DNA from: Catajapyx aquilonaris
Lineage: Eukaryota
Length of the DNA stretch: 58,514 nucleotides
Assembly: GCA_000934665.2 (NCBI GenBank)
Contig: JYFJ02002367.1
Span: 1-58,514, forward strand
Direction of reading: 5' to 3'
Below the pieces are notes generated by a model. It did not search any database. It worked only from the letters and a program-made list of their open reading frames with translations, and was not told the DNA's origin. Below are positions 11,624 to 22,271 of the stretch, in pieces (position 1 is the first letter of the stretch; each line of letters begins with the position of its first letter). The position numbers and the translations under genes were made by a program.

Positions 11624-13295
11624 CAGGGCCGGCTTGATGCATTTCCTTTCTATAGGCCATTCACTTTGTGCCCCCCCCCCCCTCCCCAACGCCACTCCTT
11701 GAATTTAATTATTTATATGAACTGTGTATGTGGTTTCGTGTTATAGGCCTAACCTAAATATCACAAATAGTCTGTTGGCCTAAGAAAGAGTTTAAAAACA
11801 TGGTAAATAACACTATGCAACACGATATTTGTCCATGGAAATTTATTGCTATTTTCATGTTCCTTAAGTCATTCGTAAGTCATAATGACTGTAATGACCA
11901 TTCATTTTGTCTTCAATTTATTTTTGACCCCTGGGCAGTCAAAAAACCCAAATCCTTATCCTTATAGCGGTTTTTCCTAATGAAGCGGGCCTAAATGTTG
12001 CTAGACCATCTCGGATTTTTCTGAAAATAATCACAGGTATACACACCTATGCCGTAACACTGCATGTAAAGTTTCAGCCAAATTGCGAAATACCGTGGGG
12101 AAGGAAAAAATAGCGAAATTTTGTAAATTGGGCCTTTTTGGGATAATTTTTTTCGGGTATTGCAAGTGGTCAAAGCCCAATCAATATATACCTCAAATGA
12201 AAGAGAAACATGAGTGAATGCGCCTATGGATTTTTCTTCTGAAAAATGCACTCAGAAACACATGTGTGGCATTTCGTCAGTCGCATGTCCAAGAATTTGG
12301 CTCCATTAAAATTAATGGTAATTCGGCAAACATATATATTTTTTCTCGCGAGCTGTACATGACCCAGGATTGAAACTGAACATATTGAATCTTGTCTGGG
12401 TCACAACTCCTGTCACCAAATATGGCTGCTCTTACCCAAATACATCACTAATTGTTGTGGTCTAAACACTTGGATATGTTACTGAGCATGTGACCCATGG
12501 AATGACATACATGCTTTTCTGAGTAAATTTCCGAGAAAATCAAATTCCATAGGCGCATTCCACTCGCGTTTCTCCTTCATTTGATGTATATGTTGATTGG
12601 GTTTTGACAACTTCTAATAACCGGAAAAAATTATCCAAAAAATGCCCCATTTTCAAAATTTCGCGATTTGTTCCCTCCCCACGGTATTTCGCAATTTGGC
12701 TGAAACTTGATATGCAGTGTTATGGAATAGGCATGTATAGATGTGATTATTTTCAGAAAAATCCGAGATGGTCTATAGCAACATTTAGGCCCGCTTGATT
12801 GGGAAAAAACTGCTATATATTTGAGGACTTTGGTTTTTTGATTGCCCCGAGGTCAAAAACAAATGGAAGACAAAATGACCTAAGGAACACGAATGTGACG
12901 ATGAATTTACATAAACCAAAAAGGCCAAATTTTGTTGCATAGTGTAATTAAGACAATCTACTAGTAATTAATTTATTTCAACGAAATGAAGAACATGGGG
13001 TTTCGTTTTCTCCCCACCGCTGCGCCCCATGGCGCACTGATAGCTGGCCTGTGATTGGCTAAAACAGCCAATCACAGGCCAGCTCAGCTCTATTTTCAAA
13101 GTTCACCCCCAACGACTCGACTTATTAAATACTAACAGCCAGGCCTCCTGCTAACATTTCCGCCCTAAAAAGCCATCAGGTTAATATCAGAGAAACAAAA
13201 ATGTGCCTTACTGTGCCGCCCCCGGCCGCGGCCGCCCCGCAAAATTTGCCGCCCTAGGCCACGGCCTACTGGGCCTATTGGTAAAGTCAGCACTG
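11624..13295. mobile_element. hAT-type non-autonomous element
   Basis: TIRs cagggccggct / agtcagcactg; perfect 8-bp TSD CCCTCGCC at 11616-11623 and 13296-13303. Confidence 0.8.
11811..12944. mobile_element. Foldback element with CACTATGCAACA termini and diverged ~480-bp arms
   Basis: Termini cactatgcaaca / tgttgcatagtg. The mirror ORFs 11991-12251(-) and 12604-12798(+) give near-identical peptides, reflecting the inversion. No clear TSD, so the superfamily is unassigned. Confidence 0.7.
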
Positions 13296-14698
13296 CCCTC
13301 GCCACTGCTGTGGCCACGTGTGAATGCTCTCATTCATTCCTGTGTATTTCCACAAGTGGCCAGTTGCTGTAGCATGCTTCCGCCACAAAAAGTGGCCCCA
13401 TGTGAACCAGCACTTAGATTAGCAGCTTAGTGCCAAGCAATTCCTAACAGAAACTGACATTCATTGAAACATCCTGCATATAGGAGGGTTTTTAAAATGC
13501 ACCTTCACTGTCTGTTGGAATGTCCTCTAATGAATTTTTTGTGCCTGGTGAAGTTGGCATTTCGTTAGCGCATTATTTTCTGCTCACTGGCCACAAATCA
13601 TACCCAACAATTGCTCAGATTCACACGTATGTGGTGCCAGTGGTGGCCATCTTGAAAGAAGCCTCCCATTTCATATTACTCTGAAGAAAGCAGCTGCAAT
13701 CATCTATGCATGTCCAAATGGTATAACTACATTTTTTGAGATTTTGTGGTGTTAATACACAGTTGGAGCATTGAAATCGAATGAAATAAAAGCAATAGGT
13801 GATAAGATTTCATCATTTTATTGACTCACAAAAATAGAACATTTACAATACTTCTAAGACATGGGCGTGTTGTAGGCCTATGAATGCAAATGAAGACCTG
13901 ATAGCAAAAAGGGCAGATGTCAATGATGGATAGTTTCGAGAAAACAAAGAAAAACTTCCCTGCTTCCCATGCACGGCAAGCAGCCAGGTGATATTATAAC
14001 ACACTATCTTTGTCGATGTTTTTCTACCAGACTACTGCCATTTTCACGGAATGGAATTTGTGGGGACCTCCGCATTGCTACTGACTACCACTTGGCGTCG
14101 CTATCTGCAAATTGCATTTTTCATGACATATGCCCTTTTTGCTATCAGGTCTTCAAATTTTCCCACATTCTTGCATTTTCTGGGCAGCAAGCCTTGCACA
14201 AGCACAGAAATTGTTGTTTGGGCTGACATTTTGTCATATCTCCAGTGACATTGTGTGCCAGGTCACATGAGGGGCACAAGCATATCTGGATCAACACTTG
14301 GGCAAATGAGAAGGGAAAAGTTATGCCTGGCACAGCCAATTGAGTCATCCAGTGCTTGGAGCACAACGGCAGTGAGAGCTGCTGTGATTGGCTATGGCAT
14401 GGTAGTTAGTGTGGAAGTGATCACATTGGTTCATGCCGTGGTTGTTGGTGACGCGCTCTCAGCCAATGGGGTACGAGAGATGGTTTAGGCAGACACTGTT
14501 ACAACGCAATGTGCCCCAAGAGGAAAAAAGGACATTTGCATCATGCAACCTCATGGTACTTGAATGCCAACTATTTGAATTTTGGAAATCTGCACTTTTT
14601 ATATCTCGTCTTCTCTGTGATTAATTTGCTTTCATACAACCGCACAGCACTGACCTTCTGTAAAGATAAGGCATGCTTATTTGTACCTGAGAATGTAA

Positions 14699-14898
14699 GG
14701 GGCCATATTCATAAACATGGTTTAGCACAAGTTCTAAGAGAAATGAAAAAATTGCATTCAGTGATGCTGGCTAGGAAAGGACTGCACTAGTTTGGTCTAA
14801 CCACTTTGTCTGGCACAAAACTACCAGCCTCCCTAGTTCAGGAGCAGCTTAGACCACCATTAGTCCAGGGACTTGCCAATGGTTTCTAAATATGACCC
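14699..14898. mobile_element. Small Harbinger/Tourist-like MITE
   Basis: Imperfect TIRs ggccatattcataaac / gtttctaaatatgacc. Confidence 0.45.
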
Positions 14899-15088
14899 TA
14901 TTCTCATTAAGGCTTGGCACTTTGTCAATATTTAAAATAGAATTAAGCATTTGCTAAAAGTGCTCCCGCAAATCCCTGGGTTTACACGCACCCCCTGAGT
15001 TGCAAGTAATTGCAGCGTAACTTGTACAAAATGTATGGGTCAGTGATAACTTCTGTGGGACATTGGCATATGCATTTCCTTTATTATC

Positions 15089-15259
15089 GGGGAAGCTGTG
15101 TGGTGCTGTGGAAATGTACGGGCCCGCAGTTGTCGGGGTCCCTGTTCGATCCCAAGTCCAGGCTTTCCCCCCTTCATCTCGCGCAGAGTTGGGTCATCTC
15201 TGGCTTCGTCTCGGGTGGGATTCCTTGAGACTAACCACCCGGGGAGTTCACAAAATGTA
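15089..15259 (+). mobile_element. Degenerate tRNA-derived SINE interrupted by the mariner
   Basis: A-box-like tggtgctgtgg and B-box-like gttcgatccc. Confidence 0.5.
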
Positions 15260-16540
15260 CGAGGGGCGGTCATAAAGTTCTTACAATCACCTAGAAAGAA
15301 GAGAGTCACGGGCTAGTGCAGCTATTGTGTGGTAGGTCCTTTTCCACATATGCGCCATGCAAGGTAACACACTTCTCCCATTGATGGATGACCCGTCGGA
15401 GACCTTCGTTGAAGAAGCCTCCATTTGGCTGCTGAGGAACTGTTCCACTGCATTGATGACCTCCCCATCGTTCTGGAAGTGGCGTCCACGCAGCGGATTC
15501 TTCAGCCATGGGAAGAGGAAGAAGTCACTAGGCGCTAGGTCGGCTGAGTTGGGTGGATGAGTCCATATTTCATACCCAAGACTGCCCGAAAGCATCACAG
15601 TCTTCTGCGTCAAATGAGCCACGCATTGCCATGCAGCAACCGAACATCTTCGGACACTTTGCCGTGCCTCTGGGCCTTGATGGCGTCTCGCAGTTTTTTC
15701 AGCAGGTCCCTGCAGTATGCCCTTGTGATTGTGTGGCCCTTACGGGCATAGTCGGTCAACAAAACTCCTTCACAGTCCCAAAAGACACTGAGCATGACCT
15801 TCCCAGACGATGGCTGTGTCCTGGCTCTCTTGGGAGGTGGGGAGTCAGTGTGTTTCCACTGCCGGCTCTGGGACTTGGTCTCAGGGTTGTAATGATGCAC
15901 CCAGCATTTGTCCATGGTGACCAAGCGAGCGAAAAAGTCGTCCTCATTGGCCCAACACAGATCCAAATGCGCGGCAGCTGCGTCCCTGCGGCACTGTTTT
16001 TGAAAGGGCGGGAGGAGTCGTGGCACCCACTGTGCGGAGACCTTTAACATGTGCAGGACCTCATGAAGGATGTTGCAAATGGTGCTGTGGCTTATCTTGA
16101 CTTTGTGCATAATCTGTTCGACTGTGATGCGGCGGTCTTCCATGACCAGGGCCTCGATTTGTGACTCGTCACTGACGGAGGGATGCCCACTGCAGGTGTC
16201 GTCTTCCAGGCTTGTCTGGCCACAATTGAAACATCACTGCCACTTGGCGACTGTCTCATAGGATAGGGCATTGTCCCCATACACATCCACCAACTCTGCA
16301 TGGATTTCTTTGGCATTCTTCCCCTTCAAAAATAAAAATATAATCACACCACGCAGCTCGACTTTTCCTGCGGCATGCGCCATCTTGAATTCCCTGCTCT
16401 GGCGGTGGGCTAGAAAACAACAGAGTGCGATTCTCTGCGCCTGCGCATATTAGAGAAACGTGCTTACGCCCCAGCAGCAAAAATTCGCCGCTGTCCGCAG
16501 TCTTTCGTGGTGATTGTAAGAACTTTATGACCGCCCCTCG
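15260..16540 (-). mobile_element. Full-length mariner (D,D34D) element, 1281 bp, frameshifted transposase
   Basis: Perfect 31-bp TIRs cgaggggcggtcataaagttcttacaatcac and a TA TSD. The transposase is split over several ORFs with motifs SAQWVPRLL, LVTMDKCWVHHYNPETK, GKVMLSVFWDCEG, LLHGNA and HPPNSADLAPSDFFLF. Confidence 0.95.
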
Positions 16541-16757
16541 TACCGTTATAACGGTACATTTTGTGAATATATAGACACTATAATATATAGACACAGCACT
16601 TACCTTCTGCACATCCCCTCCCAGTCACCCTGCCCTCGGACCAGGGCGCTTCATAAAAAGGTTCAGAATGTACAGATTGTACACAAAGGTTAATGAAGGT
16701 CTGTGCAATTATACCCCAAGAGGGGTGAAAGCACTACCCGGATTATTATTAGTATTA

Positions 16758-17249
16758 GGGTAAAGCGGGGCAAGTGCAGACGGATTTTGATTAGGTGCAG
16801 TTTAAAGGCAAGCTACTTCCTCAGTAATTAGCAAGTGAGAAAAAAAGTAATGGACAATATACCTTAAACCTTATTGGCTTCCAAATTGGTGTATTGCATA
16901 ACATTCATCTGTGTGGGTGCTCCAAAAAATAATTAAAATATGCACGTGGTGCACATTGCCACATTTGCCCTGTGATATGGGGTCAGTGCAACTGAGGAAT
17001 TCTCTCTGAGTAATAAACATTGTTCAGGTTGCATATGACTAGCGCCACAAAGACACAAACTTCCTCTGTCAGTCCGTTTTTCCAGAATAAAAATACACCA
17101 ACTAGTTAGAGAATGAAAGGGAGAAGATCGTACTACTTTTAGCAGAGTGGGCAAAGGTCATCGTAAATGTTTACATGATTTTTGATAGCTCCTGCCACCC
17201 ACCTTGTGTCATACACTAGAAGCAATGCCCCATTTGCCCCGCTTTATCC
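16758..17249. mobile_element. TA-flanked MITE
   Basis: TA|gggtaaagcggggcaa ... ttgccccgctttatcc|TA. Confidence 0.7.
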
Positions 17250-17416
17250 TATAGTGTTATGTCGTATTTCCTTTCTTACATGTTCATGCACGTTTTTACG
17301 CAGAGGTTGTCACTGTCCGATATGTTTGGTACGAGTGGTACGAGTTACGCCGCAATGACTGGAGAACTGGGGGGGGGGGNGGTGTTGCGAGTAAACCCAG
17401 GGATGTGGGAAAGGTA

Positions 17417-18092
17417 CGAGGGTGGTTCAATATGTTTCCCAGGTCTGGCATACCAAGAAAACATGAACAGTGCTTATGAGTTGCATAGGTAAAATTAGCT
17501 ACACATCTCAGGGTCACATATTGCACATTGCTGTTCCAGTACACCTGCGCACTTGTGACATCAACAAAAGCTTGCTGTAAAAAGTGCGCTCACGTTCTTC
17601 TGCTTGATTTTCTGGACAAAGAGGAGACAATCATTGCTGTTTGTCATTGCCGAACCTTGGACCAACTGAAATTTGCAATTTGCCCACAAGAGTTCAGGTC
17701 TCCTCACCATTGGTGTCATTCTGCCGCACGATCCTAACCATCACAAGTTTCGGTTGGGAACACCTTGCCCATCCTCTGTACTGCCCTGATTTAGCCCCTA
17801 GTGATTTCAACATGTTTCCAAGTTTAGAGAAGGTGCTATTGGAAGGTCAGCGTTTTCATAACAATGTCAAGGTTCATGAGACAGTGTTCCATCTCCTCAT
17901 GGCCCAGAGCCCTACTTTCTTTGTGGGGGGTTTCAAAAAGTTGAAGCTTTGGGACAAATGCCTTAACATTGAAGGTGATTATGCTGATAAGTGGAGAAAC
18001 AGTGTGGCTAACTGGAATTTAAAGTTCTTGTGTAAAAACAAAGTTGTTACAATATGCCTAACCCAGGAATCGTATATATTGAACCACCCTCG
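17417..18092 (+). mobile_element. Mariner internal-deletion derivative (676 bp)
   Basis: TA|cgagggtggttcaatat ... atattgaaccaccctcg|TA. Retains the 3' transposase segment FGWEHLAHPLYCPDLAPSDFNMF...WDKCLNIEGDYADK. Confidence 0.88.
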
Positions 18093-19680
18093 TACAAGGG
18101 CTTGACAGTCATTCCAAAAAAGGTTCTTAGGTAATAGTCCATTGTTGCCAATCTGCATCAGTCATACAAAATTTGAATGGCAAATGACACCTTTTCACTT
18201 TGTTCTCCCAGGTGTGATGAACCAAAATAGGAAAAGAAGAAAATTACACCTTCATTTTGTGCTTCTAATTGTGTTAACCTTTTATGACAAAGGCCACTTT
18301 TTTTGCTGTAACATGGACAATACGGCACATTTGAGCTTCACCTTTGAGAACATCTTTGTGTGCTTCCTTATCTGATGAATATGGAATTTAGTTTCCATTT
18401 TTTGAGAAGAAGGAATCAAGCCATGATTATTTCCAGGATAAAGTCAAAATATGGTCTATTTCCAATGTTACAACAAAAAATGTACCTTGGTCACAAAAAG
18501 TGCCCACATCACCGTCTTAGGGTTAATGAGCAATTGGCAACTCCAAAAATCAACCATCAACTACCATTGTTGTAAAACGGAAAATTAACATTTTCTAAGG
18601 TTCTTGGCACTACCTGTGGCTATATGAATACGGAAAAATTGCATAATTGCAGATTATTTCAATACCCAAGTAGAGAGGAAAAACTGAGTTTCACGTTTGC
18701 AACTAACATTATCATTCACCAAAATATTGTCAACTTCACTAAATATTGTCACCTTCACTGCAAAAACAATCCTGGAGCACATCCTTCACCTGCATGCATG
18801 TATTAATCAATACTGACTGGCATTTACTAATAAATCTGCAGTAGTCAAAATTCCCCAACATACATGCTGACAGAAATGGTCCTCTAGTGATGTAGCTGTT
18901 GGCAGAATCACAGCCTTACAGAACAAGGTGTGTAACTTCATCCCCAATAATTGTTTGGCAATCTTTCCCTATAAGACTGCATCCTACTTCAAATCTACCT
19001 TTTTGGTCAAGTGGCCCATCAGATGGCCAATATCCGAGTCTCCAAGGACAAATTCAAACAATGGCCCGCCATTGTTTGAATTGACAGCAGAGCGACATTA
19101 AATTGGCCACTGCCACACCACTTGGCCAAAAAGGTAGGTTTGAAGCATCACATTTTTATGAAGCATGATGCCCTGCAACTATGTACTGTAATCGAGACAT
19201 GATTGATAGAATTGGTTCCGTTAGGAAGGGTAGGGAGCTGATAGACCTGGTCAGCCCCTGGAAACTTCTATCCCAGCGCAATAGAAAAGGCCGATCCATT
19301 ATTCCTTCCCGCAGCGGCGCTAGTAAAAACAATGGAATCTCGCTGTGCGTGTCGTTCATTCGCCATAACAACTCCATTCGCCATAACCCTCCTCCCGATT
19401 ACTAGGTTTATCAGCAACCCCCCTCCCGATTACTACCGATAGCGTATACCAAGATGGCCGCAATATGGATGTGTTCACGATCCAGGTCCACGGTCCAGGT
19501 CACATCATGGCCACCTCCAGTCAGCGCCACGGCGGGATTGAGTAATGGAACGCAAGATGGAGGGGAGTTTCCCGACCTCTCCTTCTAAGACCGTGGACCT
19601 GGTCCACAATTTTGAGTATGCTTGTAAGTCAGTTGAAAAATGTTTTGCAAGTTCTGCTATTGGCATTGCACCAGCATGTA

Positions 19681-20409
19681 CAGGGTTGTCAAAAAAGAAT
19701 GCCCCCATTTTAAAACCCTATAACTCGAAATCTTGTAAACATATCTTGATGATTTAAGTTTTGAAATGCTAAGAAATAGCTGAAGTTTTGCCCTTACCTT
19801 AGTTTGTTTTGATATGACCATTCGTTGCTATGCAGATAAAATAAACCTGTATTTGGTCTCGTCCCATTCCCTCTCAGTCATGTTTGGTGTTACCATTGCA
19901 ATCTTATCCCGTAGGTGCTGGAAATACCAGATCTTTTCACCATGCATGTGCCTCCACAAAAAAAGTCAATCTGGGTAAGATCTGGGCTTCTGGGGGGGGG
20001 GGGGGGNGGGGGCTAGGCATGGGAAAACTACTAATTAAAGATTTCGCACACTGGGAGAATGAACAAATGAAACTTTTCTACGGAAGGTTTGTTTCATGGA
20101 TGAGGCGCCTTTTTATTTTGCATCATCAAGAACAATGTGTGGTGTAAAGACCCTTCATCTCCAGCACCTACAGGATAGGATTGCAAGGGTAACTCCAGAT
20201 ATGATTGAGTGGGTTTGACACGAGACCGAAGACCGCCTTTTAAATCTGCTGAGCAACAAATGGAACTCATACTGAAACAAACTAAATTGAGACAAGGTCA
20301 AAACTTCAGACATTTTAGCATTTCAAAACTTAAATAATTTAGATAATTATGTCTACAAGTTTTCGAGTTATGGGGTTTAAACTAGGGGCATTCTTTTTTG
20401 ATGACCCTG
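19681..20409. mobile_element. Older Tc1/mariner foldback with diverged ~270-bp arms derived from the transposase 3' end
   Basis: TA|cagggttgtcaaaaaagaatgcccc ... ggggcattcttttttgatgaccctg|TA. The right arm includes a decayed C-terminus (ETEDRL...ATNGTHTE). Confidence 0.75.
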
Positions 20410-20619
20410 TAGTGTAACAGTTTAAAAAATGACTTAATTTTAGTGAAAGTTGCACTCAAGTGAACGGCCAGTTTCTCGCAAACAAGCATTCAGAAATATG
20501 TTTTATCTCAATTTTCGTGTTTTGGGAACTAATAGAAACAAACAAAGTTTGAAAATTCAACAAAAACTTTTCCCGGCATATCTGGGTTAATATTGCCTGC
20601 TTTGTGATAGATTTTGATT

Positions 20620-20759
20620 GCGGGAGGAAACGGGAGAACACAGGAGAGAACCCATCGTAACTCGATCCACATAAGTGTTCTCTGTCTGACCCGGGGATCG
20701 AACTCAGGACCTCAGAGGTGGAAGGCTGCAGCACTAACCACTATGCCACCGTGTCACCC
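20620..20759 (-). mobile_element. tRNA-derived SINE (V/Meta-like central domain)
   Basis: Minus strand reads ggtggcatagtggttag (A box), gagttcgatcccc (B box), then gggttctctcctgtgttctcccgtttcctccc. Confidence 0.7.
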
Positions 20760-20961
20760 TCCAAATGTGATAACTTGCATCAACTTGCATATATAATGAC
20801 CTCATAAGGACATGGGAGTTATCAAGTCATGCATAGGCCTATTATAATAATTTTACAGGTACTGGTGTCATACTATGGGTGCAGTATTATCATGGAAGCT
20901 CCCATTTAAAAAAAAGCCTGTGAAAGTGTCTGGAATAATATGGTGCTGATAGTACATGTGT

Positions 20962-21140
20962 ACCGAAGCAGGTTGGCATAGTGGATAAGGCGTCTGACTG
21001 CTAATCAGGAGGTCCTGGGTTCGAATCCCGGGGCCGGCAACCTTGACCGTGGTTTTCTGTGGTTTCCCACGGTCTTTCAATAGGATAATTCCGGGGTCAC
21101 TTCCGTATAATAGGCCACAGCCGCTTCCTTCCTTCCCTAT
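20962..21140 (+). mobile_element. tRNA-derived SINE family A, copy 2
   Basis: Homologous to 1996-2170; A box tggcatagtgg, B box ggttcgaatccc, same central domain. Confidence 0.85.
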
Positions 21141-21267
21141 CCTTGGAGGTTGAAAGGCAATGCTGGGCCAACCTCCTTAATATCAATTATAAAGTACATG
21201 ACATGTTAAATTCACATCTTTGCAGGAGCATTATGACCCTGTGAAATGATTAAGACCTCCTCTAATA

Positions 21268-21490
21268 CAGTAGTGTAATTTCTGTGTCCCATGGTTTGCT
21301 AGGCCGCCGCCTTGATTAAGGTGCAACTTGGGTGGTAGGTAGCTGGTGAGTCTGCCAATGGGCTCGATCTTTCTTTCCTTCTGCAGACTTACCGCTTGAG
21401 TGCACCTTGACAAGATGGCAGTATAGCGACCGCTGCAGTGCTTCCAGCACCAAAATCCGGGCTGGCAGAGACACACGAATTAAACTACTG
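21268..21490. mobile_element. TA-flanked hairpin MITE downstream of ACAD8
   Basis: TIRs cagtagtgtaatttctgtgtc / gacacacgaattaaactactg. Internal stems aaggtgca/tgcacctt and ggtgagtctgc/gcagacttacc. A related right end lies at about 29953-29982. Confidence 0.7.
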
Positions 21491-21864
21491 TATCCATAGG
21501 GCTGGGGGGGAAGTGACAGGGGGCTGGATTAGGATGAGAGTTGGGGTATGAGATGACATAAATAAAGGTAAAGACAGTGAGCGCAGAGCAATGCCACATA
21601 AAGATATCATGATGATACAAATACACACACTTGGGAGTTCGGAATAGGAGGAAGGTTTCTATCAAGTGTATGGAATGGGAATGATTCCTACAGCCATCTG
21701 CAATTATGCATTTTCATTAGAAAGTATAGTAATTTGCAGAACAAAAATGCTAGCCCTACAACCCTTCAGGTAGCTTTGTCTAACCTGTATAAGCTTCAAA
21801 ATTCAGCACTATTGCACAGCCTTTTAAAACCTTGGATGTAATAGGTTTGAATTGAGTCTAGCCT

Positions 21865-22271
21865 TCAATCCTTGAGCAGCTGTCGAGAGACTAGATGCAG
21901 CATGACCTCATTTGTTCCTTCCAGTATCCTATGTACTCTGGCATCTCGCAAGTGCTGTTGCACAGCACAGTCTTTCAGGTACCCATACCCACCATGCATC
22001 TGCAGTGCCTTGTCAATCACTTTGTAGCACCTCTCTGTTGCCTCACGTTTTGCCAGAGAGCATAATGAGACTGCCTGTGGATGGCTGGTGTCCAGTGAGA
22101 GGGCAGCATTCCTGACCAATAAGCGGGAGGTTAGGATATCAGATGCCATTGTTGCCAATTCAAAACGGAGGTGCTGGAAGTCAGACAAGGGATGTCCAAA
22201 CTGGTGGCGGGTCTTCAAATGGGATAAGGCCATGTCAAAGCTGGCCTGTGCTGCTCCAAGTGAACATGATG
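21865..22271 (-). CDS. ACAD8: ACAD8 coding exon 5 (last)
   Basis: Acceptor atatttccccAG; encodes [15 protein letters not shown]...[20 protein letters not shown]. Confidence 0.95.

Larger units (their letters stand above)
10082..13413. mobile_element. Internally deleted PIF/Harbinger element, outer layer of the second nest
   Basis: TAA|gggccagttcacacatggccact ... agtggccccatgtgaaccagcac|TTA. Internal convergent remnants are a plus-strand transposase N-terminus (IHPVLERSLNGLYYTLFEY.RQDDKT.FF, about 11200-11300) and a minus-strand MADF/Myb-like start (INVKDFISEVKAHCAIWDVSVAE, about 11300-11370). Confidence 0.7.

Noticed and set aside
20962..21040. tRNA gene (also 1996, 15089, 20759, 39548, 48279, 53334, 57036)
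   Set aside because: A/B boxes are present but acceptor stems are poor, and each continues into a SINE body, several with tails and TSDs.
21300..21425. Structured ncRNA or ribozyme downstream of ACAD8
   Set aside because: The hairpin is explained by the TA-flanked MITE 21268-21490; no hammerhead or HDV core was identified.
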